From Malacoraja senta (Eukaryota), in the NCBI GenBank assembly GCA_038087875.1, contig CM075994.1, positions 3,040,001-3,104,000 of the forward strand: a stretch of 64,000 nt of DNA, in the 5' to 3' direction. This document shows positions 13,616 through 26,085 of this stretch, one piece after another (the first letter of the stretch is position 1; the number at the start of each line of letters is the position of its first letter). The translations under genes were made by a program, and so were the position numbers. The notes under the pieces are model-generated. The model saw only the letters and a list, made by a program, of their open reading frames with translations, searched no databases and was not told the origin of the DNA.

Positions 13616-13760
13616 CATAATTCACCGATATATGCCAACATATTCCCTTTATATGTTTAAAAGTGCGACACCGGGAACATGGATAATAAAAACGAACTCT
13701 GAACAAATGGTGATTGATTGAATTGTATTGAATAAAGAATGATCGGTTTTATGATTTCAG

Positions 13761-13793
13761 AAACGGACGTTCCGAAAAGCCCTCGCAGAAGAG
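13761..13793 (+). CDS. Micro-exon, 33 bp, phase 1-1 (ETDVPKSPRR)
   Basis: Acceptor ttttatgatttcag, donor GAG|gtaaca. Confidence 0.55.
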
Positions 13794-15624
13794 GTAACAG
13801 AAAGAAACAATGTATTTGTTATGTAGACTGAAAATGCTGGATTACTCAGCAGGGCAGGCAGCATCTCTGGAGAGAAGGGATGGTTGACCCTTTGGGACGA
13901 GACTCTACTTCAGACTGATTGCATACAGTGTATTATAATTGATTTTGAATGAAGAAGCTGAAAGAACTTCAGAATGTTGTGCATGTGGAAACATGTGCTA
14001 CATTGTAGAAAAACAAGGTGACATCGAGTTTCAATTATTTTCAAAATTGTGATTTGTGAACTGAAATTCAGTCACTCCATGTACCAATTAACCTGATCAA
14101 TTAGCACCAGTTCATTAAATCGTCAAGCGTTTCGGGTTCTTGTCTATTAATTTCAATATATTATCGGAAATATTCCACGAATATAAGAAATATTCACAAG
14201 GACTTGCACAACGTAGTCAGTGCACAAGAAATACATAGCAACTCTTCCTTTTAATGAACCCCGCACCGAAAGCTGCTATATGATATGCAGTGTGCAGATT
14301 ATACAAATTAAGCAATACTGAAGTACTCCCAAACTGTTATTTCAGATTAGATTGCATTCTATTACTACCAGATTGCCTTCTAGGCGCCATATTTTAGCAA
14401 TGATGATAACTGATCCATCAGCACAGATTCACACCTTTGGTAACATCTGCTTACGAAGTAAGTGATTTTGAAGTATATTCTATCGCTTTGGAATAAACTC
14501 TTTATATTTGATCGAAGGTCTTTTAATATTCCCTATTTCTTTTTGTGTTGACCTTCAAAAATCAAGTTGAAATTTTCCGGGTTCTTTAAATATTCGACCG
14601 AATTTCTTCTAAATCCGGTGACGTTTTTTACCTGAGCCGAGGATTTTGTGTTGCTATCTATTGACCTGACCACCACATAATGGGGCTGTATCATCCCTCA
14701 GCTGAGAACGTCACTTCATCATGGAATACATTTAGACGTATTTACTTATTCAGTTTGTTTGATCGCCCGATGACTTTTGAACGCACTTCATAATTCAGGG
14801 GTAGCAAGGGAAATATTTCACCATTGCATTAGTCCGTGAGCTGAGAGACTCATTTCCAACAACAGTTAAAACCTGCCGAAGACGTATAGTTTCAGGAACC
14901 TAAATTCGCAATGATATCTGGCTACAGAATGTTTTAACGGATTACTCATTACAATTAACATCCATTCATCCATATAAAATATACGGAGCAAAGGCTAAAG
15001 TAGGGAAACCTATCTTGCTGAAAACATGAATAGCATGCCACCAAGTGGTATAAAATAATTTGCAGCCGCCGTGCAGATCTGCAAACACAAAAGCCTATAT
15101 TTTCCCAGGCCCAATTTAAGTAACTGGATGATCAATCAAAGTGAAATTGCGATACGTAGCTTCACAATCTTCACCTTTCACAGCAGAAATTAAGCTGTAA
15201 AATATAGAACCCGAGCATCTGCAGGATGCAACGTGCATGATAAATGATAACCAGGGATAGCGTTCTCCATTCATTCATACATTTTACAACGGATTAGCAT
15301 AAGATTAACAGATCTGGAATAAATACATTTCCTATAAGCTTCTACCACTTCAGATTTTTAAAAGAATGTCACAACTTATAAGATGAATGGGAGGAAATGT
15401 AGTCACCCAAAGGCTAGCGAATCATTAGAATTCTTCAGGCAAAGGAATTTAGGCAGACACTTAGCATATTGGGAAAAGAGATTGATATTTTTAGATACGT
15501 CGAGTTAGTCGAAGAATTTGTATCTACTGCAGAAAAAGACATTGAAATAAGTGACCAATCATAGCGTGGTTTTAGATGGAGAGGACATGGAGTGCATAAA
15601 CCCTATATTTCATTATATTCGTTC

Positions 15625-16110
15625 GCCAGGTTAATTCCTGGGGTGGCGGGATTAACGTATGATGCATGAATGGGTCGACTAAGTTTATATTCGCTGGTAT
15701 TTAAAAACGATGAGAGGGGATCTTATAGAAACATATATCATTCTTAGAGGATTGGACAGGTTAGATGCAAGACAAATGTTCTCGATATAGGGGGAGTCCA
15801 GAACCAGGCGTCTCAATTTAAGATTAAGAGTTAGGCGGTTTAGGACTGAGATGAGACATTTGTTTATTACCCTGAGAATTGTGAATCTGTAAAATTATCT
15901 GCCACAGAGTGCAGTGGAGGTTTTCATTGAATGTGTTCAAGAGAGTCTTAGATTTAGCTCTTCAGGCGAAGGGAATCAAGGGTATGGGGGGGAAAGCCGG
16001 AACAGTGTAATGATTTTGGATGATCAGCCATGATCATATTGAATGGCAGTTCTGGATCGCAGGGCGGAATGCCCTACTACTGCACCTATTTTCTATGTTT
16101 CTATGTTCCT
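15625..16110 (+). mobile_element. CR1 3' fragment
   Basis: gagaggggatcttatagaaac...atgatcagccatgatcatattgaatggc...tttctatgtttctatg tail. Confidence 0.9.
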
Positions 16111-16434
16111 ATGCTTCCTCTGATTCTTCTCAGCACCATCTGTATCATGGAGATAAGCTGTGTCGCCAGAGCTTCAGTAACAGCTGTGTTTATGTTATTT
16201 AGAACAGCATCCACGTAAACCTCTATTGCATTTCCTCCTGTGCTCTTGCGTTTTCATTATCTAATGCATTAAATTTAATTATTAACATTGTTAAAAAATA
16301 AACTGCGTGATGAGGCAGATTACGCTAAAGCGGGAAAGTAAATGATGACACGATGCTTCATTGTGCTGCAGGACATTAGGATATATTTATTGTACTGTCG
16401 AATACACACTCCAAACTTTCCGAGTTGACAGTGC

Positions 16435-17510
16435 CTGTAACGGTGGACCACCAGCTTCCTGACAGACAGGAAGCAGCATGTGAGGCTGGGAAAGCACATC
16501 TTGGACGTGCAAACGCCCAGCATAGGAGCACCGCCAGGCTACGTACATTCTCCTCTCCTCAACTCTCTCTGCACCAACGACTGCACCTCCACAGACACCT
16601 CTGTCAAGCTTCTCAAGTTTGCGAACGACACAAACCTGATTGGACTGATCCAGGATGGGGAGGAATCTGCCTACAGACAGGAAGTGTAACAGCTGGCGTC
16701 CTGGTGCCGTCGCAACAACCTAGAAATCAATACTCTTAAGCCAGTGGAATTAATTGTAGACTTTAGGAGAGCTCCACCTCCCCTCACCCCACGCACCGTC
16801 AACAACACCACAGTCACAGCTGTGGAGTATTTTAAGTTCCTGGGAACCATCATCTCCAAGGACCTTAAGTGGGGGGCTACCATCGACTCCACAGTCAAAA
16901 AGGCACAACAAAGGATGTATTTCCTACGGCAGCCGAGGAAGCACAATCTGCCACAGGCAATGATTGTCCAATTCTACACGGCCATTATAGAGTCTGTTTG
17001 TCACCTTCTCCGTCATGGTCTGGTTTGGCTCAGCCACCAAGCACGACACCTGGAGGCTGCAGCGAATCGACCGATCAGCAGATAAAGTTATTGGCTGCAA
17101 ACTTCCCTCCATTGACGAAACTTACGCTGCAAGGGCCAGGAACCGAGCGGGCAAGATCATCTCTGATCCCTCTCATTCTGGCTTCAATCTCTTTGAACCA
17201 CTTCCCTCTGGATGGCGACTCCGGATTGTCAAAGCTGCTACAGCAGACATAAAAACTGTTTTTATCCAGGAGTAGTTGCTCTAATCAACAGCCAAAGATC
17301 TGTGGCCTCCCTTTGATCTGGTATTTTGTTGGTTCACATGCTTGATCAATGGTGTTTTATCATTAATGTTTTATTATTATTAATGTTTAGTGTTTTCTGA
17401 GTCATTCGTAACTGTCACTGTATCCCATGTTGTTACTTGTGGGCGGAGCACCAAGGCAAATTCTTTGTATGTGAATACTTGGCCAATAAACCTACTTACT
17501 TACTTACTTA
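16435..17510 (+). mobile_element. Rex1/Babar-clade LINE, 5'-truncated
   Basis: Motifs LLKFANDT, ELIVDFRR, FKFLGTIISKDLKW, KAQQRMYFLRQ and FYTAIIES; AATAAA followed by a (CTTA)n tail. Confidence 0.88.
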
Positions 17511-17748
17511 ACAGCTTTACAAAATATATGTATGATTTATACCACGGATGATTGAGTACAATAAATAGGTAATCAGATAAAACAATTGAGTTGACGTTGA
17601 AAATTGAAAGAAAACATTCGTGGATTAAAACAATTGGCAGTTATCGTGAATATATACAGAAAGGAGGATTCATAATTGAAGAACACAAATCGTATTAAAA
17701 TTCTTGATATCATATGAGTAGGTGAGATGAAAGAAAGGATTTGGTTAA

Positions 17749-17906
17749 TGTGATGTATGTAATATAATTAGCATATGTTATGTCTTGTGCGAGGGGACGC
17801 ATGCGCTGAAACTCAAGGTGGCGTCCTGGAATAAAGAAGTTTGTTAGTGTTCTCCCGTGTCCGAGTGTTATTTTGAAGTCAGTTCCAAGCACCCAAATAC
17901 ACAACA
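17749..17906 (+). repeat. 5' LTR (158 bp)
   Basis: TG...CA termini, internal AATAAA, followed by the PBS; roughly 90% similar by eye to 24704-24864. Confidence 0.9.
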
Positions 17907-18596
17907 ATTGGCGACGAGGATAAAAGAACAGAAAAGGAAAGAAGGACTGTCAAGAAAGAAAAAAGTTCAAGCGACGCGGTTGTGTTTGGAGACAAAGTGG
18001 AACGGCACCAAGCAAAAATTTGGCTCCAAATTGTTTTGAATTGGCACCAAAGAAAGTAAAGGTCGGGACGGGAATCAAGAGCGCAAGGAGAGCCAGTGAG
18101 ACAGTAATTAAGTATCACCGATGAACGCAGCCAAAACCTTGAGGACTAAACAGCAGGACAGCGACGGTGTCCAACTTACCTGGAACGTTTTCCAGGGCCG
18201 TGCAGCCACGGCAAAGGGGCAGAAGAGGCCCAGCAGCCGCCACCGACTTCGGGTGAGTTCCAGGGCCGTGTATCGTGTAGGCCACGGACAAGTCCAGTGA
18301 CCACACCGACTTCGAACGTTTTCCAGGGCTGTGCAGCCCACAGCCTGGCCCAAGCAGCAGCCACAGACGTCGGGTGAGGGCCTTGTACCGGGTAGGCCAC
18401 GGACAGGTCCGGAGAAGCCACCGATGAAAGAGGACCGTGTAGCCCACGGCCAGCCCCAGTAGCAGCCAAAGACGTCAGGTGAGGGCCTAGTATCGTGCAG
18501 GCCACGGACAGCTCCGGAGAAGCCACCGACGAAAGCCGAGTCTTCAGCCCGGTCGGTAGCAGAGACAGCCCGGTGGGAGGAGAACGCGGAGAAAGC

Positions 18597-21372
18597 AGGA
18601 GGGATAGAGAGAAATGAAAAGGAGGTGGGGTAGTGTTGCTGGTTAGAGAGGAGATTAACGCAGTGGAAAGGAAGGACATTAGCTTGGAGGATGTGGAATC
18701 GGTATGGGTAGAGCTGCGAAACACTAAGGGGCAGAAACCGCTGGTGGGTGTTGTGTACAGGCCACCTAGCAGTAGTAGTGAAGTTGGGGATGGCATCAAA
18801 CAGGAAATTAGAAATGCGTGCAACAAAGGCAAAACAGTTATAATGGGTGACTTCAATCTATATATAGATTGGGTGAATCAATTTGGCAGGGGAGCTGAGG
18901 AAGAGGATTTCTTGGAATGTATGCGGGATAGTTATCTAAACCAACATGTAGAGGAACCAACGAGAGAGCAGGCTATTCTAGACTGGGTATTGAGTAATGA
19001 GGAAGGGTTAGTTAGCAGTCTTGTTGTGCGTGCCCCCTTGGGCAAGAGTGACCATAATATGGTTGAGTACTTCATTAGGATGGAGAGTGACATTGTTAAT
19101 TCAGAAACAACGGTTCTGAACTTAAAGAAAGGTAACTTTGAGGGTATGAGACGTGAATTGGCCAAGATTGACTGGCAATTATTTCTAAAAGGGTTGACGG
19201 TGGATATGCAATGGAAGGCATTTGAAGACTGCATGGATGAACTACAAAAATTGTTTATCCCAGTTTGGCAAAAGAATAAATCAGGGAAGGTAGTGCATCC
19301 GTGGATAACAAGGGAAATCAGGGATAGTATCAAAGCAAAAGATGATGCGTACACATTAGCCATAAAAAGCAGCATACCAGAGGACTGGGAGAAATTCATA
19401 GACCAGCAGAGGAGGACAAAGGGCTTAATTAGGAAAGGCAAAATAGATTATGAAAGAAAACTGGCAGGGAACATAAAAACTGACTGCAAAAGTTTTTATA
19501 GATATGTGAAGAGAAAGAGATTAGTTAAAACAAATGTAGGTCCCTTGCAGTGAGAAACAGGTGACTTGATCATGGGGAACAAGGATATGGCGGAACAATT
19601 GAATAACTACTTTGGTTCCGTCTTCACTATGGAAGACATAAATAATCTGCCGGAAATAGCAGGGGACCGCGGGTCAAAGGAGATGGAGGCACTGAGTGTA
19701 ATCCAGGTTAGTCGGGAAGTGGTGTTGGATAAATTAAATAGATTAAAGGCCGATAAATCACGAGGGCCAGATAGGCTGCATCCCAGAGTACTTAAGGAAG
19801 TAGCTCCAGAAATAGTGGATGCATTAGTGATAATTTTTCAAAACTCTTTAGATTCTGGAGTAGTTCCTGAGGATTGGAGGGTAGCAAACGTAACCCCACT
19901 TTTTAAGAAGGGAGGGAGAGAGAAAACGGGGAATTACAGACCAGTTAGTCTAACATCGTTAGTGGGGAAACTGCTAGAGTCAGTTATTAAAGATGCGTTA
20001 GCAGCACATTTGGAAAGTGGTGAAATCATTGGACAAAGTCAGCATGGATTTACCAAAGGTAAATCATGTCTGACGAATCTTATAGAATTTTTTGAGGATG
20101 TAACTAGTAGAGTGGATAGGGGAGAACCAGTGGATGTGTTGTATCTGGACTTTCAGAAGGCTTTCGACAAGGTCCCACATAAGGGATTAGTATACAAACT
20201 TAAAGCACACGGTATTGGGGGTTCAGTATTGATGTGGATAGAGAACTGGCTGGAAAACAGGAAGCAAAGAGTAGGAGTAAACGGGTCCTTTTCACAATGG
20301 CAGGCAGTGACTAGTGGGGTACCGCAAGGCTCAGTGCTGGGACCCCAGCTATTTACAATTTATATTAATCATATGGATGAGGGAATTGAAGGCAACATCT
20401 CCAAATTTGCGGATGACACTAAGCTGGGGGGCAGTATTAGCTGTGAGGAGGATGCTAGGAGACTGCAAGGTGACTTGGATAGGCAGGGTGAGTGGGCAAA
20501 TGTTTGGCAGATGCAGTATAATGTGGATAAATGTGAGGTTATCCACTTTGGTGGCAAAAACAGGAAAGCAGACTATTATCTAAATGGTGGCCGATTAGGA
20601 AAAGGGGAGACGCAGCGAGACCTGGGTGTCATGGTACACCAGTCATTGAAAGTAGGCATGCAGGTGCAGCAGGCAGTGAAGAAAGCGAATGGTATGTTAG
20701 CTTTCATAGCAAAAGGATTTGAGTATAGGAGCAGGGAGGTTCTACTGCAGTTGTCGTCTTGCTACTTGTATTTCTACTGCAGTTGTACTCCAGGTGTGGT
20801 AATGGTGAGACCACACCTGGAGTATTGCGTGCAGTTTTGGTCTCCAAATCTGAGGAAGGACATTATAGCCATAGAGGGCAGAGAAGGTTCACCAGACTGA
20901 TTCCTGGGATGTCAGGACTTTCATATGAAGAAAGACTGGATAGACTTGGCTTATACTCGCTAGAATTTAGGAGATTGAGAGGGGATCTTATAGAAACGTA
21001 CAAAATTCTTATGGGGTTGGACAGGCTAGATGCACGAAGATTGTTCCCGATGTTGGGGAAGTCCAGGACAGGGGGTCACAGGTTAAGGATAAGGGGGGAA
21101 ATCCTTTAAGACCGAGATGAGAAAAAACTATTTCACACAAAGAGTGGTGAATCTCTGGAACTCTCTGCCACAGAGGGTTGTTGAGGCCAGTTCATTGGCT
21201 ACATTTAAGAGGGAGTTAGATGTGGCCCTTGCGGCTAAAGAGATCAGGGGGTATGGAGAGAACGCAGGTACGGGATACTGAGTTGGATGATCAGCCATGA
21301 TCATATTGAATGGCGGTGCAAGCTCAAAGGGCCGAATGGTCTACTCCTGCACCTATTTTCTATGTATCTATG
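18597..21372 (+). mobile_element. Young 5'-truncated CR1 (family A) nested in the LTR element
   Basis: ORFs 18633-19553 (EN; IMGDFN, SDHNMV) and 19566-20900 (RT; SKFADDTK); 3' tail tttctatgtatctatgta. Confidence 0.95.
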
Positions 21373-22478
21373 TAAAGGCCGGTCGCGCGAGAAACGGCAG
21401 AGAGCCGAGAACGCCCGGTTGCAAGAGACGGCCGAGAGCGGGGAAAGCCCGGACGTGAGAGGAAATCCGGCCCCGAGTGAAGAGTGGGACCGCGCGAGAG
21501 AAGCAGGACACAGCACTCAAGCACACAGCACAAAGCACTTGGGCCGATTGAGAAGGCCGGCCGCGCAAGAGAAGCGGACCGGCCGAGTGAGAAGCCGGCC
21601 GAGAGCGAAGCGGGTCCGCGGAAGGGAAGCGGGACATAGCGCTTACCCAGCCCCGCCGGCGGGGTACAGTCCCGACGCGAGAGAAAGCCGGACGAGGGAG
21701 AAGCGGGTCCGCGCGAGAGAAGCGGGACACAGTGCTTACCCAGCTCCCGACGGCAGGGCACAATCCCGAAAAGCGGAGCAGCCAGGCGGGCCGTGGAGCC
21801 AGCAACGAGCCGAGCAGCGGGGCCCAGCAGAGTGACGCCGCGCAGTGGAGCCAGCGACGGGCGGAGTAGCGGGGAGCCAGAGACTCGCCTTCCGCAGGGC
21901 GTGCACGGGAGACAGCAGGAAAGTAAATCGGCGGAGTAGCGGATGTCGGCGACAGCCAGAAGAGCAGTGAAGCTAGCGGTGGCCCGGGAGGCCCGGTGGA
22001 GGGAGTGGAGGCAGCAGCAGAGGTCCGGAGTGGCCTACATTAACGGTATACTCAAGAGAAGGTCCGGAGAATGCTCCAGCATCTTCAAAAGTAACGGTGG
22101 GGACAGTTCGAGAGGTCGAGGAGGCGCCGGAGTCCATAGGCCGACAAGCCTGACCGGTGAATTCCTTCAAAGCAAAAGTGGGACTGTTGAACGTAATGCA
22201 TTGTTCGCTATTCCTTCACAGTAAAAGCGGGACTGTTTGGATTTAATGCATGGGTCACGGTTATTAATACTAAATCTGTGTACATAGCAGGAATATGGTT
22301 TAAATTGTTCTAGTTGGCTATTAAAATGGAGGTTGGTTATTAGTATACATCTATCATTATAAGAAGTGGAAATAGTCAGTGGGCTGGATCACTTCTTAGT
22401 GTGTAAAAGGATTAAGTCCAGTGCAGAAAACACAGTGACAGAACAGAACATAGTGCACCTGAATAGCAACAGGGTAGC

Positions 22479-22650
22479 ATGACTTTTTTTAATTGGAGGA
22501 AAGGTGCCCCAGTAAGATTCTGGGTCTAATTTTGAGGAATGGACTGTATTCTTGGAGGCATGTTTCATTTCCAATTATATCACTGCAGATGAGAAGAGGA
22601 GAGCATGGTTCATATTAGGCTTAGGAAGAGAGTGTTATCAGACCTTACCT
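22479..22650 (+). pseudogene. Gypsy Gag N-terminal remnant
   Basis: Manual translation IGGKVPQ*DSGSNFEEWTVFLEACFISNYITADEKRRAWFILGLGRECYQTL resembles Gypsy (Mag-like) Gag N-termini. Confidence 0.65.
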
Positions 22651-22759
22651 ACAAAGTGAGAAAAGTCAAGTGCCAAGTGACAAAGGTCAAAGGCAAAGGA
22701 AAAAAACTCAAATGCCAAGTGACAAAGGTCAAAGGCAAAGGAATAAAAGTCAAATGCAT

Positions 22760-23980
22760 AGGTGCATTGCCATCCAGAGTGCAACCCTAACTATTCAAGC
22801 TGCATTCTAGGGTATGAAGGTACGGAGAGAGATTTGGAACAAACAGAAGGCAGCAACGATAATACAAGCAGCATTTAGAATGCACAGAGTAAACCGTCCA
22901 CACAGGGCAATGAGATTGGCAGCTATAATAGTACAAACCCATTATAGGGCACACATTCAAATGTAAAGTGATCGCAAGACATACATGACGGTACACAGCA
23001 GTGTTGTGCTGCTTCAGGCTGCATATCGAGGAATGCTTGTTCGAATGCAATTGCTGTGCATGCACAAATCTGCCAAGATCATACAGACTTATTTTCAGAT
23101 GCACAAATAGCGTCAGTGTTTCAAGAAACTACGCTGATCTGCCATTGCGGCACAGCAACGATACAGAGCTTGCCAGATAAGAGATGTCCAAGTGAGACAA
23201 TATAATAGTTTGAGAAAAACTGTGGTTTGTATTCAGGCCTTCTACCGCGCGATTAAAGCCAGAGAATTGGTTGAAAAAATCAAGGCTGCACGCTGTATGA
23301 AGTCATTCTTAATGACGTGCATTATAAGAAAACATGTATTGATAAAAACGCGGCTGTAGTCACTCTGCAAATGCATATCGTGATTACCGATCAAAGGTAC
23401 GTTACAGAGCTATGCTACAAGCAGTCATTTCGAACCAGAGTTGATACAAAGCATGTAAAATAGGACATTCCAAGTGTGTGCAATATCAGTCCATGAGGTA
23501 TGTTTCTATTACCATTCAGACTGCCTACAAGGATGTGGTGGTAAGGCAATGGGTTATGCAAAAGAGAGCTACTATAAAAAGGCAGTCAGTGCTCCGTATG
23601 AGTTGGAATAGGAAAGACTTCCTCAAACTGCATTATACAGCAGTTATAGTGCAGTCTCACTACCGTGCTTATAAAGCAAGAAAACTATACGGTGCACAAA
23701 TCAAAGCCACTGTTGTTTTGCAAATACAATATAGATCTTACATGTTGATGAAGAACCAGAGATGTGACTTCACTGGACAAATAGATGAATAACAGAAAAG
23801 GCTTAAACGATACAAAAGGCTTAAACGATATACGACAGACTTCCTCAAACTGAAATATACCGCAATTGTAGTGCAGTCCCACTACCTTGCTTATGAAGCA
23901 AGAAAACTATACAGAGCGCAATTCAATGCCACTATTGTTTTGCAAAGACAATATAGATCCTACTTCTTGATGAATAACCA
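22760..23980 (+). pseudogene. ASPM: Captured ASPM-like IQ-motif array with stops and frameshifts
   Basis: Manual translation: IQAAF*GMKVRR, IQAAFRMHR, VQTHYRAH, LQAAYRGMLVR, IQTYFQMHK, AQQRYRA, IQAFYRAIKAR, IQTAYK, VQSHYRAYKAR, LQIQYRSY. Spacing and motif style resemble the large IQ exon of ASPM. Confidence 0.75.
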
Positions 23981-24703
23981 GAAAGGTAATTTAAGAAGAC
24001 AAATAGATGAACAACAGAAAAGGATTAAATGGTACAAAGAACGATTAAATACATGTGTGACGATGAGCAAAAAGGTGTTAAAAGAAAAGTCTAATGAAGA
24101 GAGGCTTGTCGGTCGAGACAAAACAATGCAGGACCGATTGCGATTAGGACACTCACTTTAGTCCAGCATGGAGCCTCCTACACTGAGCAATGGACAAATG
24201 GTTATGCATTGCAGAATGTCATTAAACAACAAGAGCAGATAAATACGCAGCGAATGGAAATTGAACAACAGGGGAAGTTGCTAGAAAACGAAAACTTGCA
24301 GCCATGGGTCAGATCCCATCTACAAAGAGGAAACCAAAGCAAATACATGAACCAGAAAATGAAACGCAGAATATCAGGAACAGGAATAAATTTGCAAATT
24401 AGATTAGGACATTTAAAAGGGAAGAAGCAGAGATACATGCAGAGCTAGAGGGATTAGAATGTGTTAGCAATGTATACATAAATGAGCGGAAAATGATAAC
24501 ACATAAAGCAAGTGGTAATGTATTTGGTTTAAGGAAGATGAGTGGAATGAAAAATTATATGCTAAGTTTAGATACCATTATTACAGTTATGATGATGTAA
24601 TTTAAGATGTCCGCAATAATACAATTTTGCAACAGTGTGTTAATCAATTATATTTAATGTAATATAAATGGTGTTATCCGCCTCCAATTTAAAGTGGGAG
24701 CAG

Positions 24704-24864
24704 TGTGATCTATGTAATATAATTAGCATATGTTATGTCTTGTGCGAGTGGACGCATGCGCTGAGGAGAATCGAGGTGGCGTCCTGGTATAAAGAAGCGT
24801 GTTTGTGTACTACCGTGTCCGAGTGTTATTTTAAAGTCAGTTCCAAGCACCCAAATACACAACG
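24704..24864 (+). repeat. 3' LTR (161 bp)
   Basis: Direct repeat of 17749-17906, preceded by the purine-rich tract; ends CG rather than CA. Confidence 0.9.
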
Positions 24865-25558
24865 GGTAACTTCAAGATAAATTGCAAATTGCAAAAGTCA
24901 AGGATGAACACAGTGCCGAAGACCGCTTGCATAAAACATAGTCGGTTATGCACAGTGATACTTTTAACGCTGGTGCTGTGTAAATAGAAAACTTAATAAA
25001 TGTTAACGTGTCTGAATTATAGTCGTTCCAAACTGCTTCCGCTGCAATCACATATCGAATGAGTTCTCAATTCATCGTTTCTTCATAAGCTCTCTATGAA
25101 TACTTAATTCGACATCGCTAAAATTCCAGTTTTTACATAATAATCTCAATGCTAAAGCGGCCTTTGATTTCGTTTTAGATTTTTTTTTGCCCAATGTAGA
25201 TTTTCTTCCGTACATGCCACAATTCTAGAATATGAATATCGTAATTTTATGATGTCAGATAATTCTGTGTACCTGCTACTTTTTATTTAATTTACCATTT
25301 CATGTGACATTGAACGACGATACGCGAAGTACTTTCCAATCGGATTTTTGCAGAAAATTAATCTACTTCAATCTCCAGAATGTCAAAGTTTTCATCGTTC
25401 TAGATGGCGAGATTATATCTATACTTCACGAAACATGTTGTGTGGATTTCTGCGTTCCTTCTGCTTCCTATAGTGCACCTACTATTGCCACCTTTGTTTG
25501 TTCTGGAATTAAACCTTAACATATAGCAGTTAATTAACTCGAAATGTTTGCCTTTAAG

Positions 25559-25594
25559 ATATCGAAACATTGCAAAGGCTGCTTAGAAAAGCAG
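25559..25594 (+). CDS. Micro-exon, 36 bp, phase 1-1 (DIETLQRLLRKA)
   Basis: Acceptor tttgcctttaag, donor CAG|gtgaga. Confidence 0.75.
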
Positions 25595-25934
25595 GTGAGA
25601 AAGATATTGCCCTCACTTCCAATGAGCGAACAGGTGTCAACTCTGGAGTCGAGTAAATCTCGCGGTGGGGGTTTCTTTCTCTTTATAACGCGGGAATGGT
25701 AAATTTATATTGTGAACTAATGTGGGATATGATGAAACTGTTTGACTGCAAACTTTCTTAACCTTATTGCGTCTTGGTATAATATCCATGCTTGGTAAAG
25801 CCATATGTTTATGTTCTGGTAAATATATGTTTGAAATTAATCCTCTACTTTTTCTCATTGTACTGCATCGGTCTGGATGAAATTTCCATCTACGAAGCGG
25901 CTTTGATTTATTTAAATGATCAATGAATCAGCGG

Positions 25935-26085
25935 AGGTAGACACACATGCTGGAGAAACTCAGCGGGTCGAGACCCGAAACGTCACCTATTCCTTCGCTC
26001 CACTGATGCTGCCTCACCCGCTGACTTTCTCCAGCATTTTTGTCTACCTTCGATTTTTGCAGCATCTGCAGTTCTTTCTTAAACA
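25935..26085. repeat. Penelope-associated palindromic repeat
   Basis: tgctggagaaactcagcggg...acccgaaacgtcacc...cccgctgactttctccagca; same family as 1-157. Confidence 0.65.

Larger units (their letters stand above)
17749..24864 (+). mobile_element. Non-autonomous Gypsy-derived LTR retrotransposon (no pol) carrying an ASPM-like IQ array, interrupted by a CR1
   Basis: Direct-repeat LTRs at 17749-17906 and 24704-24864; PBS tggcgacgagg at 17909; purine-rich tract aaagtgggagcag at 24691-24703; flanks gttaa / ggtaa (possible 5-bp TSD with one mismatch). Confidence 0.9.

Noticed and set aside
21287..21835. 182-aa Arg/Ala-rich ORF
   Set aside because: It starts in the CR1 3' UTR and reads into GC-rich repeats where stop codons are rare.
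22760..23980. The genuine ASPM locus
   Set aside because: Multiple stops and frameshifts, enclosure by LTRs, and no other ASPM domains (ASH, CH) in the window.
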